Virus record (IMG/VR): IMGVR_UViG_3300027704_003324
Coordinates: 64,001 to 128,000 of that record
Strand: one strand, 5' to 3'
Source of the DNA: a virus
Length of the DNA: 64,000 nucleotides
How positions within the stretch are numbered: position 1 is the first letter of the stretch; every line of letters starts with the position of its first letter. A program made the position numbers and the translations under genes. Under the pieces are notes generated by a model, which worked only from the letters and a program-made list of their open reading frames with translations, made no database searches and was not told the origin of the DNA. This document shows positions 20,089 through 29,652 of the stretch, piece after piece.

Positions 20089-21241
20089 AATGTATTACTT
20101 TGATATCTTTATTAGTAGAATAAGATCTCCATGGGTCAACTATAACAGATCCTTCCGGAAAGTCGTAATCATGATGTTTCCCCATATGTCCTAAAAGGTA
20201 CACTGCTTTGTAAGGTTTTGTAGGGTCGTACTCTACTTTATATTTCGAACCATAAGAAGATTCACAGAAATGTCCTGTAAGTATTGATGTTGATCCATCC
20301 TCGTAGTTTACATCTGGTTTATATGCTTTGCCTAATATAACGATAGGTAAGTTTACTTTATTAGATTCTATTACTAATCGTTGTGCTAAGTTCTTAGCTT
20401 GTTTCTCTCTAGCATTCATTATAGCATCAAATAGATCGTAACCTACATCTAACTTTTCAGCCATATACCGTAAAGCAATATTATCTCTTGGATGACATCC
20501 TCCACCGTCTCCCATTCCTGCTTTCATATAAGCCGGACCTAGTATCCTTTGAGTTGATCTTTCTAATGCTCCTGTAATAACGTCTACATTAATATTACCT
20601 GATTTCTCAGCAACGTCCTGTATCATATTAACTAAGGCTACTTTAGTAGAGATAAAGGTATTGTAGAATATCTTTATACCTTCTGCTTCGTCCCAAGTAC
20701 CTAATTCATATCTAGTGCCTTCAGTAATAAACGTTTCGTAAAATTCCAATAGTAATTTAGCATCTCCTGTTGTAGAACCGTCTTCTGTTCCTATAATAAT
20801 CATTTCCGGATTAACCATGTCCCATTTTACTGTTCCCATTGCTATTAAGTAGGGGTTATAAATAAACCTTCCATTAGGTATTAAGTCAATAAATTCTCTA
20901 CGGATTGTACCTGGTAGAACTGTTGATATTAATACTATGAGTTGGTCTTTAGAGACGTATTTGTTTGTTTCTTCGAGTACCTCTTTAACTATGTTATAAT
21001 TAAAATCTTTATTAGGTAAATGAGCAGTAGGGTATCTACCGTCATAGTCTGGGTGATGAGGTGTTGGAACAGCGATAAAAATTATTTCTCTTCCTTTGCA
21101 GGCTTCTTCTATTGAAGCTACCATTTTAAAATTTTCTGGCTCTATGTTGCTAACGTCGTAACCAACTATATCATGCTTTTCAGCCATAACTTCAGCTGCC
21201 TCTTTTCCGAGCTTGCCTACTCCTATAAATCCTATTTTCAT
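20063..21241 (-). CDS. ugd: UDP-glucose/GDP-mannose 6-dehydrogenase
   Basis: GVGKLG, IFIAVPTP, STVLPGT, AEGIKIFYNTF, GDGGGCHPRD (catalytic Cys) and GKAYKP. Confidence 0.92.
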   Translation of the reverse strand: MKIGFIGVGKLGKEAAEVMAEKHDIVGYDVSNIEPENFKMVASIEEACKGREIIFIAVPTPHHPDYDGRYPTAHLPNKDFNYNIVKEVLEETNKYVSKDQLIVLISTVLPGTIRREFIDLIPNGRFIYNPYLIAMGTVKWDMVNPEMIIIGTEDGSTTGDAKLLLEFYETFITEGTRYELGTWDEAEGIKIFYNTFISTKVALVNMIQDVAEKSGNINVDVITGALERSTQRILGPAYMKAGMGDGGGCHPRDNIALRYMAEKLDVGYDLFDAIMNAREKQAKNLAQRLVIESNKVNLPIVILGKAYKPDVNYEDGSTSILTGHFCESSYGSKYKVEYDPTKPYKAVYLLGHMGKHHDYDFPEGSVIVDPWRSYSTNKDIKVIHYGNTRFKQ

Positions 21242-21262
21242 AAACTTCTTTTATCTATTATT

Positions 21263-21291
21263 AATATATGATATAAATATCAATTTTACAA
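21263..21291 (-). promoter_or_regulatory. Host-type promoter with embedded TATTTATA, upstream of ugd
   Basis: TTG-N20-TATATTAA; TATTTATA at 21272-21279. Confidence 0.65.
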
Positions 21292-21300
21292 CTTTAGTTA

Positions 21301-22446
21301 TTATTCTTTTATTATTGCGTTATCGATTGTCCCGAACTTTAAATCTAACATATCCCAATCATTATCATGTTTACCGTACTGTTTTACTAATCGTTTAAGA
21401 ATTTCAGGAATGAATTTATGTTCTTTTAAAATTCTTTGGTAATTTTTTCTATTTCTTATTACCTTTTCTTCTGTAAGCTTTTTAATTTCATTAAAGTTAT
21501 TAAAGTTATCTGAGTACAGGTATTTATCGTTAAGATTTTTTAGTTGAGCAGAGATTCCGTTTATCCTTCGTGAATATGGAGAATAAGCATCAAAAGTGTA
21601 ATCAAATAATTCGTCATAAAGTTCAAAACCGTATGTTGTTAACATTTTATTAATATGTCTTCCTCCTGCTATAACAAAAGGAACTGCCCAATTAATAGCA
21701 TTAAAAGTTTTTTCTGTCCAAAAAATTCCATCTGGTTGGGATTCACTTATAATATGAATAGCCCCTTTCCATATCTCTTCTGGTGGAGAAGTTGAATATT
21801 GATTTACACTACCTTTAAATTTATCTCCGGGAAATGAATATACCTTATTGTTATCTTCCCAGTGTTTAAATTTATATTCTCCTTCTGTAGTATCTCTATC
21901 GTTATGCCAGGTGTAGTGTAGAGCATTATCCAGTAAAGAATCTTTAGCAAAAGTATCCATAAGTTCCATTCTATGATTATGTGCTCTGTTTATCATACAG
22001 GTACCTATCTTGTTTGGAACTATATTAGTACCTAATCTTGGGTTCAAAATATTACTTTCATTATCTCTATGGTATAGTAAACTGCCGTATAACCAGAACA
22101 TAGGCCAGTAATGTGTAGTTGTATTTTCAACAGGTATAGGTTTAGGTACTATTTGCCCTCTACTTCCGTATACAATGTGAAGCTGTATATCTCTATCAAT
22201 CAAAAGTTTTTCCATCTCCCTAATTGAATTTAAATCTGCATCTTCTGCAAATCTAGGTTGGCTAGGATCTGTTTTGATATCGCTCCAGTTAAACTCCCAT
22301 TCTTCAGCATTAAAAAATAGTATTTCTTTAACAGAGCTCCTATTGTGTTTAATTGAATTATAAATAGTGTCAAACAACGTACCTGATGTATATAACTTAT
22401 TGTCTTGCCATTGTCTGAGTATTAAGAGTCCATTAATGTTTTTCAT
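21301..22446 (-). CDS. GT10-like (GT-B) glycosyltransferase, paralog 1
   Basis: R-x-H-x-HR, IISES, WTEKTF and PFVIAG...GFELYDELFDYTFD. Confidence 0.6.
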   Translation of the reverse strand: MKNINGLLILRQWQDNKLYTSGTLFDTIYNSIKHNRSSVKEILFFNAEEWEFNWSDIKTDPSQPRFAEDADLNSIREMEKLLIDRDIQLHIVYGSRGQIVPKPIPVENTTTHYWPMFWLYGSLLYHRDNESNILNPRLGTNIVPNKIGTCMINRAHNHRMELMDTFAKDSLLDNALHYTWHNDRDTTEGEYKFKHWEDNNKVYSFPGDKFKGSVNQYSTSPPEEIWKGAIHIISESQPDGIFWTEKTFNAINWAVPFVIAGGRHINKMLTTYGFELYDELFDYTFDAYSPYSRRINGISAQLKNLNDKYLYSDNFNNFNEIKKLTEEKVIRNRKNYQRILKEHKFIPEILKRLVKQYGKHDNDWDMLDLKFGTIDNAIIKE

Positions 22447-23015
22447 AAAGTAGCGTATAAAGAATTTAGTATTTCTGTTGATGCACTATAGTCTTTAATC
22501 TCATAGTAAAGAGAAGTATATTCTTTGCTTTGTAGGTATTGTCTATCTACTCTACCTCCAAATAGTACTGCTACTCTATTATTATGTATATTAACTTCAT
22601 TACTCCATTTGTTAATTAAATCATACATTAAATGGTTATTTTTCACATAAGTTACTTCTTTAGTTAAATCTAGTACTAATTTACATCTTCCGTCTCTGAT
22701 GTCTTGTAGTACTTTCTCGGATATAACTTTAAATCCGCTATTAATATTATTATAGAAGTAGGTGGGAGTTAGTACTTTTATTACATATAAATGTTTACTA
22801 TCTACTATGTCCTTTATTTCTATATACTCTTGTGACTTTAAATCCGTAAGTAAATCAGAAGAACGGGTTCCATATCTAAAATAATCTTTCGGCAAAGTAT
22901 GAAGCATAGTCATTTTATTGGATTCTTTTAGATTCCAGGTTTCAGATGTACCATTAGGCCTATTGAAGCCTAAAAGTGTATCGTACGATTCTATACTAAA
23001 TTTAATTTTATCCAT
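22443..23015 (-). CDS. Hypothetical protein resembling the N-terminal domain of the neighbouring GT paralogs
   Basis: VLQDIRDGRCKLVLD compared with FKKDVIEKRCKVVIW in 23015..24313. Confidence 0.5.
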   Translation of the reverse strand: MDKIKFSIESYDTLLGFNRPNGTSETWNLKESNKMTMLHTLPKDYFRYGTRSSDLLTDLKSQEYIEIKDIVDSKHLYVIKVLTPTYFYNNINSGFKVISEKVLQDIRDGRCKLVLDLTKEVTYVKNNHLMYDLINKWSNEVNIHNNRVAVLFGGRVDRQYLQSKEYTSLYYEIKDYSASTEILNSLYATL

Positions 23016-24313
23016 TATAACAAAGGAGTATTAACTGCTTTTAACTGGTTTATAAGGCAATGCTGCGGTTCATAGTCTTCTCCATGTCCCCAGTTTAGTC
23101 TAATTTTGTATTCAAAATGACTTCTATTATGTGCAAGTATTTCTTGCATGTCTTTTCTCATCTCATGTAACTCAAGAGTCGACAGTAGTGAGAGTTTTTT
23201 TAATTCTTTAGCAATATGTTCTGATCTATTAGTCCAATCTTCAAACTGATCATATTCTTCATTAAACCATTTACTAAACGTTTTATACCCTTCACATTTT
23301 AAATATTGAAGAGTACCTACAGAACCTAACACAAAAAATGGATGTCCCATAATAATAGGTTTCCATATTTTTTCAGATACAAATAATGTCCCTTTATTAA
23401 CTAATGTTTCTGTTATTACTGAGCAAAATGTAGACTCGTAATCTTGTATTTCTATATTACATGCTAAGTTAAAAAAAGTATTTTTATTATCTATTTGCAA
23501 AGGTAGTTGTTTTGCTACTTCTCTCCAATCTCTATCATAGACTCCATGTTGCCTTATAGGATTAGAGTGGTGTGCATCTACAGGTTTACCTAAACTTGCT
23601 CTTCCTCTATCTAAAATACCGTACTCTTGTAGTTTAGCTATGAAATGTAAACGTGAAGGTCTAGGTGCTCTATTATAGGTAAGAAAAAGTTGTTTATTAT
23701 CTACAGGTTTAAACTTACTTACGGGGTTTACTACTTCATTTTTATTCCAAGCACTAAATGCTTCATAGTGGTGTACTCTAATGCCGTTGTTTCTAACTTT
23801 AATGTGTTCACTAGCAATAGCATTACCTGTAATAAAATGAACACTGTTTTTAGGAAAACCTGCTTTTATTCTCCAATTTTCTACTATTTCAATATCGTTA
23901 TTACCCTCCATTTGAGAATACCCTTCAAATACATACCAGATAACAACTTTGCATCTCTTTTCTATGACATCCTTCTTAAACCTTTCATGCATTAAATCGA
24001 AACCTATATCAATATTAAGTTTGAAGAATTCTGGGTTGAATACGTTAACTAGGTATATGTGTTTTTCGTTATGCTCTAATGTTTCGCTATCTTTCCAAAT
24101 AATCTCTTCTGAATAAAATGTATGAGGGTAAGCATCGTTGTTAAGCTTACCGTGATCAAAAAATTCTCCTGTTTCACCAAATATGTTCCATGTACCTAAA
24201 GTATAAGGTATGTGAAATTTACCTGTTTCTTTCATATACCATGAAGGAGACGATAGATTTGGTCTAGGTCCTTTATATATAGAATCGTAATTTTCTCTAG
24301 ATAATGTTATCAT
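23015..24313 (-). CDS. GT10-like glycosyltransferase, paralog 2
   Basis: YNRAPRPSR, VITET, VSEKIWKPIIMGHPF and GYKTFSKWFNEEYD. Confidence 0.62.
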   Translation of the reverse strand: MITLSRENYDSIYKGPRPNLSSPSWYMKETGKFHIPYTLGTWNIFGETGEFFDHGKLNNDAYPHTFYSEEIIWKDSETLEHNEKHIYLVNVFNPEFFKLNIDIGFDLMHERFKKDVIEKRCKVVIWYVFEGYSQMEGNNDIEIVENWRIKAGFPKNSVHFITGNAIASEHIKVRNNGIRVHHYEAFSAWNKNEVVNPVSKFKPVDNKQLFLTYNRAPRPSRLHFIAKLQEYGILDRGRASLGKPVDAHHSNPIRQHGVYDRDWREVAKQLPLQIDNKNTFFNLACNIEIQDYESTFCSVITETLVNKGTLFVSEKIWKPIIMGHPFFVLGSVGTLQYLKCEGYKTFSKWFNEEYDQFEDWTNRSEHIAKELKKLSLLSTLELHEMRKDMQEILAHNRSHFEYKIRLNWGHGEDYEPQHCLINQLKAVNTPLL

Positions 24314-25203
24314 ACGTACTCTTTCTTTACTAAGTATTCATATACTATTTTTGCCAGTACTTTGTGTCCGTATTTAGTCGGATGAGAACAAGGAGTCCAG
24401 TATTTATTTTCTTTACCTATATATTGTCCATACCAAGCATAATTACGTTTCTTTCTTAACTTTGGTTGTTTATTAAGGATAAGGAGTTGATCTATTAACT
24501 GTATGTCTTCTTCTCCGTACATCCAATTATTAAAATCTATCTGATCTATAATCTTGCTTTGTCTATTTTGGTCGTCCTCAGTTGTATCGGACATAATATT
24601 TTTAATCATTAAGCTTTTATAGCCCAGGTCTTCCATTTGATTAATAACTACTAAGTTTGCGTTATTGAGCTTACACCAGTTCTGCAGTTCAACTAAAGTA
24701 GAAATGAATTCTAAAGTAGTAGATTTATCATTAAATATTGCTGTTCCATATCCTATCCATAAGTCTTTATGCCCTAATCTATCTTTGTCATCGAAATCCG
24801 GATCTTGAGGCCAAATAGTTTCAAATAGATTACCTGAGGCTAGGTTTGTATCTGGAGCTATAAATTCATATCTACAAAACTGAGTAAAGGAAAATACAAT
24901 GGTTATCTCAGAAGCTAAAGTAGCATCAAATTGAGGAGAAAATGTAGTTAGTTTTTTCACAGCATTACGGTTACCTTTGCCTCTATTACCTAGATTTATT
25001 ATATTATAATCTTTTAAATGATTTTTCTTTAGTTGACTGGGCCATGAGTTGTTTCTCTCCATTTCAGTAAAGGTATTAATTACGCTTTGCTTAGTAGGTT
25101 CCATCCATTCTAATGTTTCCCAGATACCGTCATCATAGGCACCTTGTCCTTCAGTAAATGAATCTCCTATAGCGATAATAACTTTATCTCCTCTCTTAAT
25201 CAT
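24310..25203 (-). CDS. SGNH/GDSL-like hydrolase or acyltransferase
   Basis: IAIGDSFTEG, NLGNRGKGN and C-terminal SHPTKYGH. Confidence 0.65.
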   Translation of the reverse strand: MIKRGDKVIIAIGDSFTEGQGAYDDGIWETLEWMEPTKQSVINTFTEMERNNSWPSQLKKNHLKDYNIINLGNRGKGNRNAVKKLTTFSPQFDATLASEITIVFSFTQFCRYEFIAPDTNLASGNLFETIWPQDPDFDDKDRLGHKDLWIGYGTAIFNDKSTTLEFISTLVELQNWCKLNNANLVVINQMEDLGYKSLMIKNIMSDTTEDDQNRQSKIIDQIDFNNWMYGEEDIQLIDQLLILNKQPKLRKKRNYAWYGQYIGKENKYWTPCSHPTKYGHKVLAKIVYEYLVKKEYV

Positions 25204-25209
25204 CTTTAT

Positions 25210-26538
25210 TTATTTACAGTAATTGCAAAATGAATCAAAATTAGTTGGCTTTTGAAATCTTACGTTATTCTCCATTACTAACTTATTATATTCTACAACT
25301 CCTCTTAATTGATTAAACCATTCTAACTTATCTTCAATACTTCTTTTACTAAATGCTTCTATCCATTCTAAGATAGCATCCGTTCTTTGTATATCGTTTA
25401 ATTTATCATACTCTTCTGGGATCATAGCATCAAAGGTTTGGTACCCGTATTTAGTATGTAAATACTCTAAGCTATCTCTACCTCCAAATACAATAAATGG
25501 ATGATTTGCAGCTATTGGTTTAAATACTTTTTCACTTAAGAAAACTGCTTTATTTTTATCCTCAAATTGTGCTTCACTTACAATGGTAACAAAAGAATCT
25601 AACATAGGTTGTTCATTTAACCTGTTTATAAACTCTCCAGCGTCAATATTATCATTTTCTCCGAATGTAGGTACATTATCATAGAATAAAGGAAGAGTTT
25701 TTGCTGCAGGACCTAAATCAACTGTTGTAAGAACTTCTTCTCCCATATTGCATCTTTGGTCTAATTCATAACTAAACTTATTCATGCTAACTATTCCTTC
25801 TTTAAGTAAATCTTTCTTATGAAGCATAGTGTACATCCATATCCTATGTTGTCTAGGTCTTCGGTTTAAAAAATTGTATACTTTTATTTTTTCTTTATTA
25901 GCATGTTTATATTTTAAATGATCATCAAATGTAGGTGCATAAACGTCTGGTTCTTTACTGTTAAGGTATATATCTGCTTCAAAATGACTATACCCTAGAA
26001 CCTTAATAGTTTTAGTTTTATTGTCTCTCTCGTACTCTTCTTTATGTTTATGTATATTTAGATCACCTGTAATAAACATTATGCTCTCCACAGGGATATT
26101 AAGTCTATCACACTCCTCTTTGAAGAAATCAAACAGAGTATCGTCGTAGTATCCCTCTAAAGAATTATCAAACACAATTAAAGCTTCTTTCTTTTGAGCT
26201 TTAAGTATATGTTTCATACTAATTGCTGAGAATATTGATGCTCCATTTTTTTTCATCCAATGATCTGGTGCTGCATGAACACCTATTGGGTATATGTATT
26301 TAATGTTCTGTATTTTAGAGTCAGTACCTAAGTACTTATTAATCCTATAGCTACTATTTAAACCAAAACAAATGTTATCCCGAGTATCTCTATCATCATA
26401 CATTTCTGGTTTAAGAATAGGTGTGCTAAAGTTTTTTAATACATCCAAGTGTATGAAGTAAGGGGAAGATGTTAAATGCGTGCCTTTCCACGATCTATCT
26501 CCATTAAATCCGTCATGTGTATCAGTAACTATGTTCAT
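25210..26538 (-). CDS. GT10-like glycosyltransferase, paralog 3
   Basis: LNRRPRQHR, IVSEA, LSEKVFKPIAANHPF and GYQTFD...EEYD. Confidence 0.62.
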   Translation of the reverse strand: MNIVTDTHDGFNGDRSWKGTHLTSSPYFIHLDVLKNFSTPILKPEMYDDRDTRDNICFGLNSSYRINKYLGTDSKIQNIKYIYPIGVHAAPDHWMKKNGASIFSAISMKHILKAQKKEALIVFDNSLEGYYDDTLFDFFKEECDRLNIPVESIMFITGDLNIHKHKEEYERDNKTKTIKVLGYSHFEADIYLNSKEPDVYAPTFDDHLKYKHANKEKIKVYNFLNRRPRQHRIWMYTMLHKKDLLKEGIVSMNKFSYELDQRCNMGEEVLTTVDLGPAAKTLPLFYDNVPTFGENDNIDAGEFINRLNEQPMLDSFVTIVSEAQFEDKNKAVFLSEKVFKPIAANHPFIVFGGRDSLEYLHTKYGYQTFDAMIPEEYDKLNDIQRTDAILEWIEAFSKRSIEDKLEWFNQLRGVVEYNKLVMENNVRFQKPTNFDSFCNYCK

Positions 26539-26539
26539 C

Positions 26540-27544
26540 TTATTTTTTCCAAAAACTATACAATCCTTTATCTATTTCGTAACTATCCCAAACAAATCTT
26601 TCTCTATTTGGTTGCTTCTTAGCCCATTTCCACATTTTAGATAAACCTTCATATAAGTCTGTCTTATATTCATATCCAAGAATATCAATAGATTTTTGAT
26701 ATGAGGGGTAAGCGTCTTTAACTTCATGTCTACCTTCTAAGTACTCAACTGTACCGTTTTTAATAACGTCTCTCAGAATTGCGTTTGCTTCATTTATAGA
26801 GTGAAACTTTGTACCGCCGAGGTTAATTGTTTCGCAACAAGCTTCTTTTAGTGTTGCGGCTTTCCATAATGGTTCCAAACAGTCATCTATAAAAGAGAAA
26901 GCTCTAGTCTGGGTTCCGTCACCAAATATTGTCATTGGTAAATCATTAATGTATTGGTACATCCAAATTCCTAATACATTTCTATATTTATCCCATATGT
27001 TTTGCCCTGTACCGAATACATTATGTGGTCTGATAATGCAGTACTCTAATCCGTGTTGTTCGTGAGCTACTTTTATATCCATTTCACAAGCGTATTTAGC
27101 AATACCGTAAGGGTCTATTGGTGAAGGTATATCAGACTCTTCAAAGGGTCTTTTTCCTTCCCATCCGTGTCCATATACAGCCATAGATGAAGTAAAGACT
27201 AATCTTTTTACATCGTGAATTATACATTCATTTACTATTGCAGCTGTTGCTATAGTATTATTAGTATAGTTGTATTTTCTTATAAAAGGAGATAAACCTT
27301 CTGCTGCATAGGCTGCAAAATGAAATACATATTCTGGTTTATGGTATTCAAATATACCTGTTAGGTCTTCTTTTGCTATATCAGTTTCATAGAAAATGAT
27401 TCTCTTGTCTATATTTTCTCTATAACCTCCTGAAAGGTTATCGATTCCAACTACTGTGTATTCTGGTTTATTATCTAAAATCCATTTAGCTAACCTACTA
27501 CCTAATAGCCCTGCAACACCAGTTATTACTATTTTTTTGTCCAT
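26540..27544 (-). CDS. NAD-dependent NDP-sugar epimerase/dehydratase (extended SDR)
   Basis: TGVAGLLG, HFAA, FTSSMAVYG, YGIAK (YxxxK) and GDGTQTRAF. Confidence 0.92.
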   Translation of the reverse strand: MDKKIVITGVAGLLGSRLAKWILDNKPEYTVVGIDNLSGGYRENIDKRIIFYETDIAKEDLTGIFEYHKPEYVFHFAAYAAEGLSPFIRKYNYTNNTIATAAIVNECIIHDVKRLVFTSSMAVYGHGWEGKRPFEESDIPSPIDPYGIAKYACEMDIKVAHEQHGLEYCIIRPHNVFGTGQNIWDKYRNVLGIWMYQYINDLPMTIFGDGTQTRAFSFIDDCLEPLWKAATLKEACCETINLGGTKFHSINEANAILRDVIKNGTVEYLEGRHEVKDAYPSYQKSIDILGYEYKTDLYEGLSKMWKWAKKQPNRERFVWDSYEIDKGLYSFWKK

Positions 27545-28047
27545 AATCCTGTTATTTGTAGAGTATATCTTGGTTCAATACCAATATTACTAGCAGCATG
27601 CTCTACATCTGTGCTATAAATTACATAATCTCCTCTTTTCCAATTTACTATAGCCTTTCCTTCTGCTTCAAAATAATGTCCAGGCTTCCAGTCTTCTATA
27701 AATATGATGGCTCTACATACTCTATCAATACTTCTTTCTAATTTAAACCTTTTACAGTATGTCTGAAAGTGGTCAATATGTGGAGGCATAATTTCAAGCT
27801 GTACCATTTTATAGAAGGTATAACCACAATGTGTTAATCCTAATTCATTTGATACATCTTCTACCCATTCTGGCATTGGGTTTTTACTATTATAAAGAGC
27901 TCCTAGAAAAGTATCATGAGTGTATCCTTGATTTCTCCAGTTATTTAGTTCTTTTTTGTTTGTAAGATTCTGTTTTGTATAAGGAAAATGCAAATATTCA
28001 TTTCCCATTACTGTGTTAATCTTACCTTGTTTAACCCAATTATCCAT
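27529..28047 (-). CDS. 2OG-Fe(II) oxygenase (AspH-like double-stranded beta-helix)
   Basis: PPHID (HxD), distal H in VEHAASN, and R in PRYTLQITG. Confidence 0.7.
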   Translation of the reverse strand: MDNWVKQGKINTVMGNEYLHFPYTKQNLTNKKELNNWRNQGYTHDTFLGALYNSKNPMPEWVEDVSNELGLTHCGYTFYKMVQLEIMPPHIDHFQTYCKRFKLERSIDRVCRAIIFIEDWKPGHYFEAEGKAIVNWKRGDYVIYSTDVEHAASNIGIEPRYTLQITGLWTKK

Positions 28048-28049
28048 AT

Positions 28050-29060
28050 TTAATCTCTTACCATATCAGCAGTGCAGCAATGAAAAGAACCTCCTAATGT
28101 TCTGGAGTGTCTTATATTTAAGTCCAAAGCTTCAATCTTATATTTTTTAAGTTGCTTAATTAATTCTGTTTGTCTATTATCTACACATACTGTATTTTCG
28201 TCTAACGAGATAAGATTTATTCCTACCCATTCTGATGCTCTTAGTACTCCTTTGTATCCTATATCTACCATTGGTGCTGCATATATAATATCCCACCCTT
28301 TAAAGAGTTTTGGCATATTCTTTTCGTTAATTCTAGATGGATTAACTAATGCTAGTCCGTCTCTTAGAATGGCAATTGTAGAATCTATATGAGAATAGGA
28401 ATACATATTTTCTAAGTAGTGTACATTGTATTTATCTCCTAATATATTTTTTAACCAGGTATGTCCTTTTTTATTACCTGTATTAGAGTTTAAATACAGA
28501 ATGTCGTCGTTATGTCTTAGTATATTTGCTGCATCAAAGACAGGTTCAACATTAGTTAATGTTAAATCCTTTAAATTAGTTCTTTGGTAAGAATCATCTG
28601 TTAATCTTGGTTTAGGTGCACATATCCATTTAGATCCTTTGTCATTATATTTTATAAAAAGGTCCCTATAAGCATCCGTTTCAAACTGTCTGGATCTTAA
28701 CGTCATAGGTGATTCTATAAGGGTATCTCCTATTACTGTCATAGTATCTCTAGGACAAAAGGTATAGTATTGATCTGTCTCCCAATATCCGTTAGATACG
28801 GTCTTAGTAGTATCTATTATATCAGGTCTGTGTACTATAGCTCCAAAATCCTGCAAAGCTTTTGTCAATAGGTCAAGATCTTCTATAGACTCTTCATAAA
28901 CTTTAGGATCAAAGAATCCTAATTCCTTAGAAGGTATATTATCTTTGTCCGCATAGTTAATAGCATGGAGATCAAAACCATGTCTAGGCATATTTGCATT
29001 GTCGACTCTTCCGACAATTACTTCTCTTAATTTACCGTATTCATTTTTTACATTAACCAT
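28050..29060 (-). CDS. Amidinotransferase (glycine / inosamine-phosphate amidinotransferase family)
   Basis: LREVIVG, CPRD, FDAAN, HIDST and GGSFHCCT, giving the Asp-His-Cys triad of the pentein fold. Confidence 0.9.
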   Translation of the reverse strand: MVNVKNEYGKLREVIVGRVDNANMPRHGFDLHAINYADKDNIPSKELGFFDPKVYEESIEDLDLLTKALQDFGAIVHRPDIIDTTKTVSNGYWETDQYYTFCPRDTMTVIGDTLIESPMTLRSRQFETDAYRDLFIKYNDKGSKWICAPKPRLTDDSYQRTNLKDLTLTNVEPVFDAANILRHNDDILYLNSNTGNKKGHTWLKNILGDKYNVHYLENMYSYSHIDSTIAILRDGLALVNPSRINEKNMPKLFKGWDIIYAAPMVDIGYKGVLRASEWVGINLISLDENTVCVDNRQTELIKQLKKYKIEALDLNIRHSRTLGGSFHCCTADMVRD

Positions 29061-29652
29061 TTGAAAATACTTTATAGTTTGTTAAATCTGGGTAGTTCTT
29101 ATATGACCACTCTTTAGGTTTAGTTGCTACTGCATCAGGTATTTTATGAATACCCATTAGAGCAGTTTCAGGAGTCATATAATAATGATACCCTGCTGTA
29201 TTAATTTCTTGTTTATCCCAAGGTAGTGGAGATTTAATATCTCTACCATCGTAAGACATTCTCCTTAGTTCATCTGCTGCTTCTTCATTATCAGTTAAGA
29301 TCATCCCTCCTCTTCCTAAGTTCAAATGCTTCTTAAATTGAAAACTTAGTACCATAAAGGTCCTATCAATATACGAACTTTCTTTCCAATACACTGCTGA
29401 ATCTATAATATTTTCAGTTATATAGTAATAATCGTACCAATTTTCATCTTTCCAGGTTAGTTCTAAGGTTAATTTACTAGCTAACATAGGAATAGATAGA
29501 TACGTATGTTTTGGTACCTCAATTTTTTTAGCTTTTGTGTATCTGAGAGCTAATTCTAAACCATGAGTACAACAGTCTACTGCTACTGCAAATGGAGCTC
29601 CATAATGACGAGCTATTTGTGATTCGAATATGTTTACAGTTGCAAATCCCAT
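29053..29652 (-). CDS. Minimal DegT/DnrJ/EryC1/StrS PLP-dependent sugar aminotransferase
   Basis: FE...AVAVDCCTHGLELAL, IIDSA, SFQFKKHL (PLP-Lys loop), GRGGMILTD and GYHYYM; only 199 aa. Confidence 0.8.
   Translation of the reverse strand: MGFATVNIFESQIARHYGAPFAVAVDCCTHGLELALRYTKAKKIEVPKHTYLSIPMLASKLTLELTWKDENWYDYYYITENIIDSAVYWKESSYIDRTFMVLSFQFKKHLNLGRGGMILTDNEEAADELRRMSYDGRDIKSPLPWDKQEINTAGYHYYMTPETALMGIHKIPDAVATKPKEWSYKNYPDLTNYKVFSNG

Noticed and set aside
29369-29400. CGTATATT inside the DegT gene as another promoter
   Set aside because: There is no TTG at 19-21 bp spacing (the nearest is at 13 bp), so it is probably incidental.
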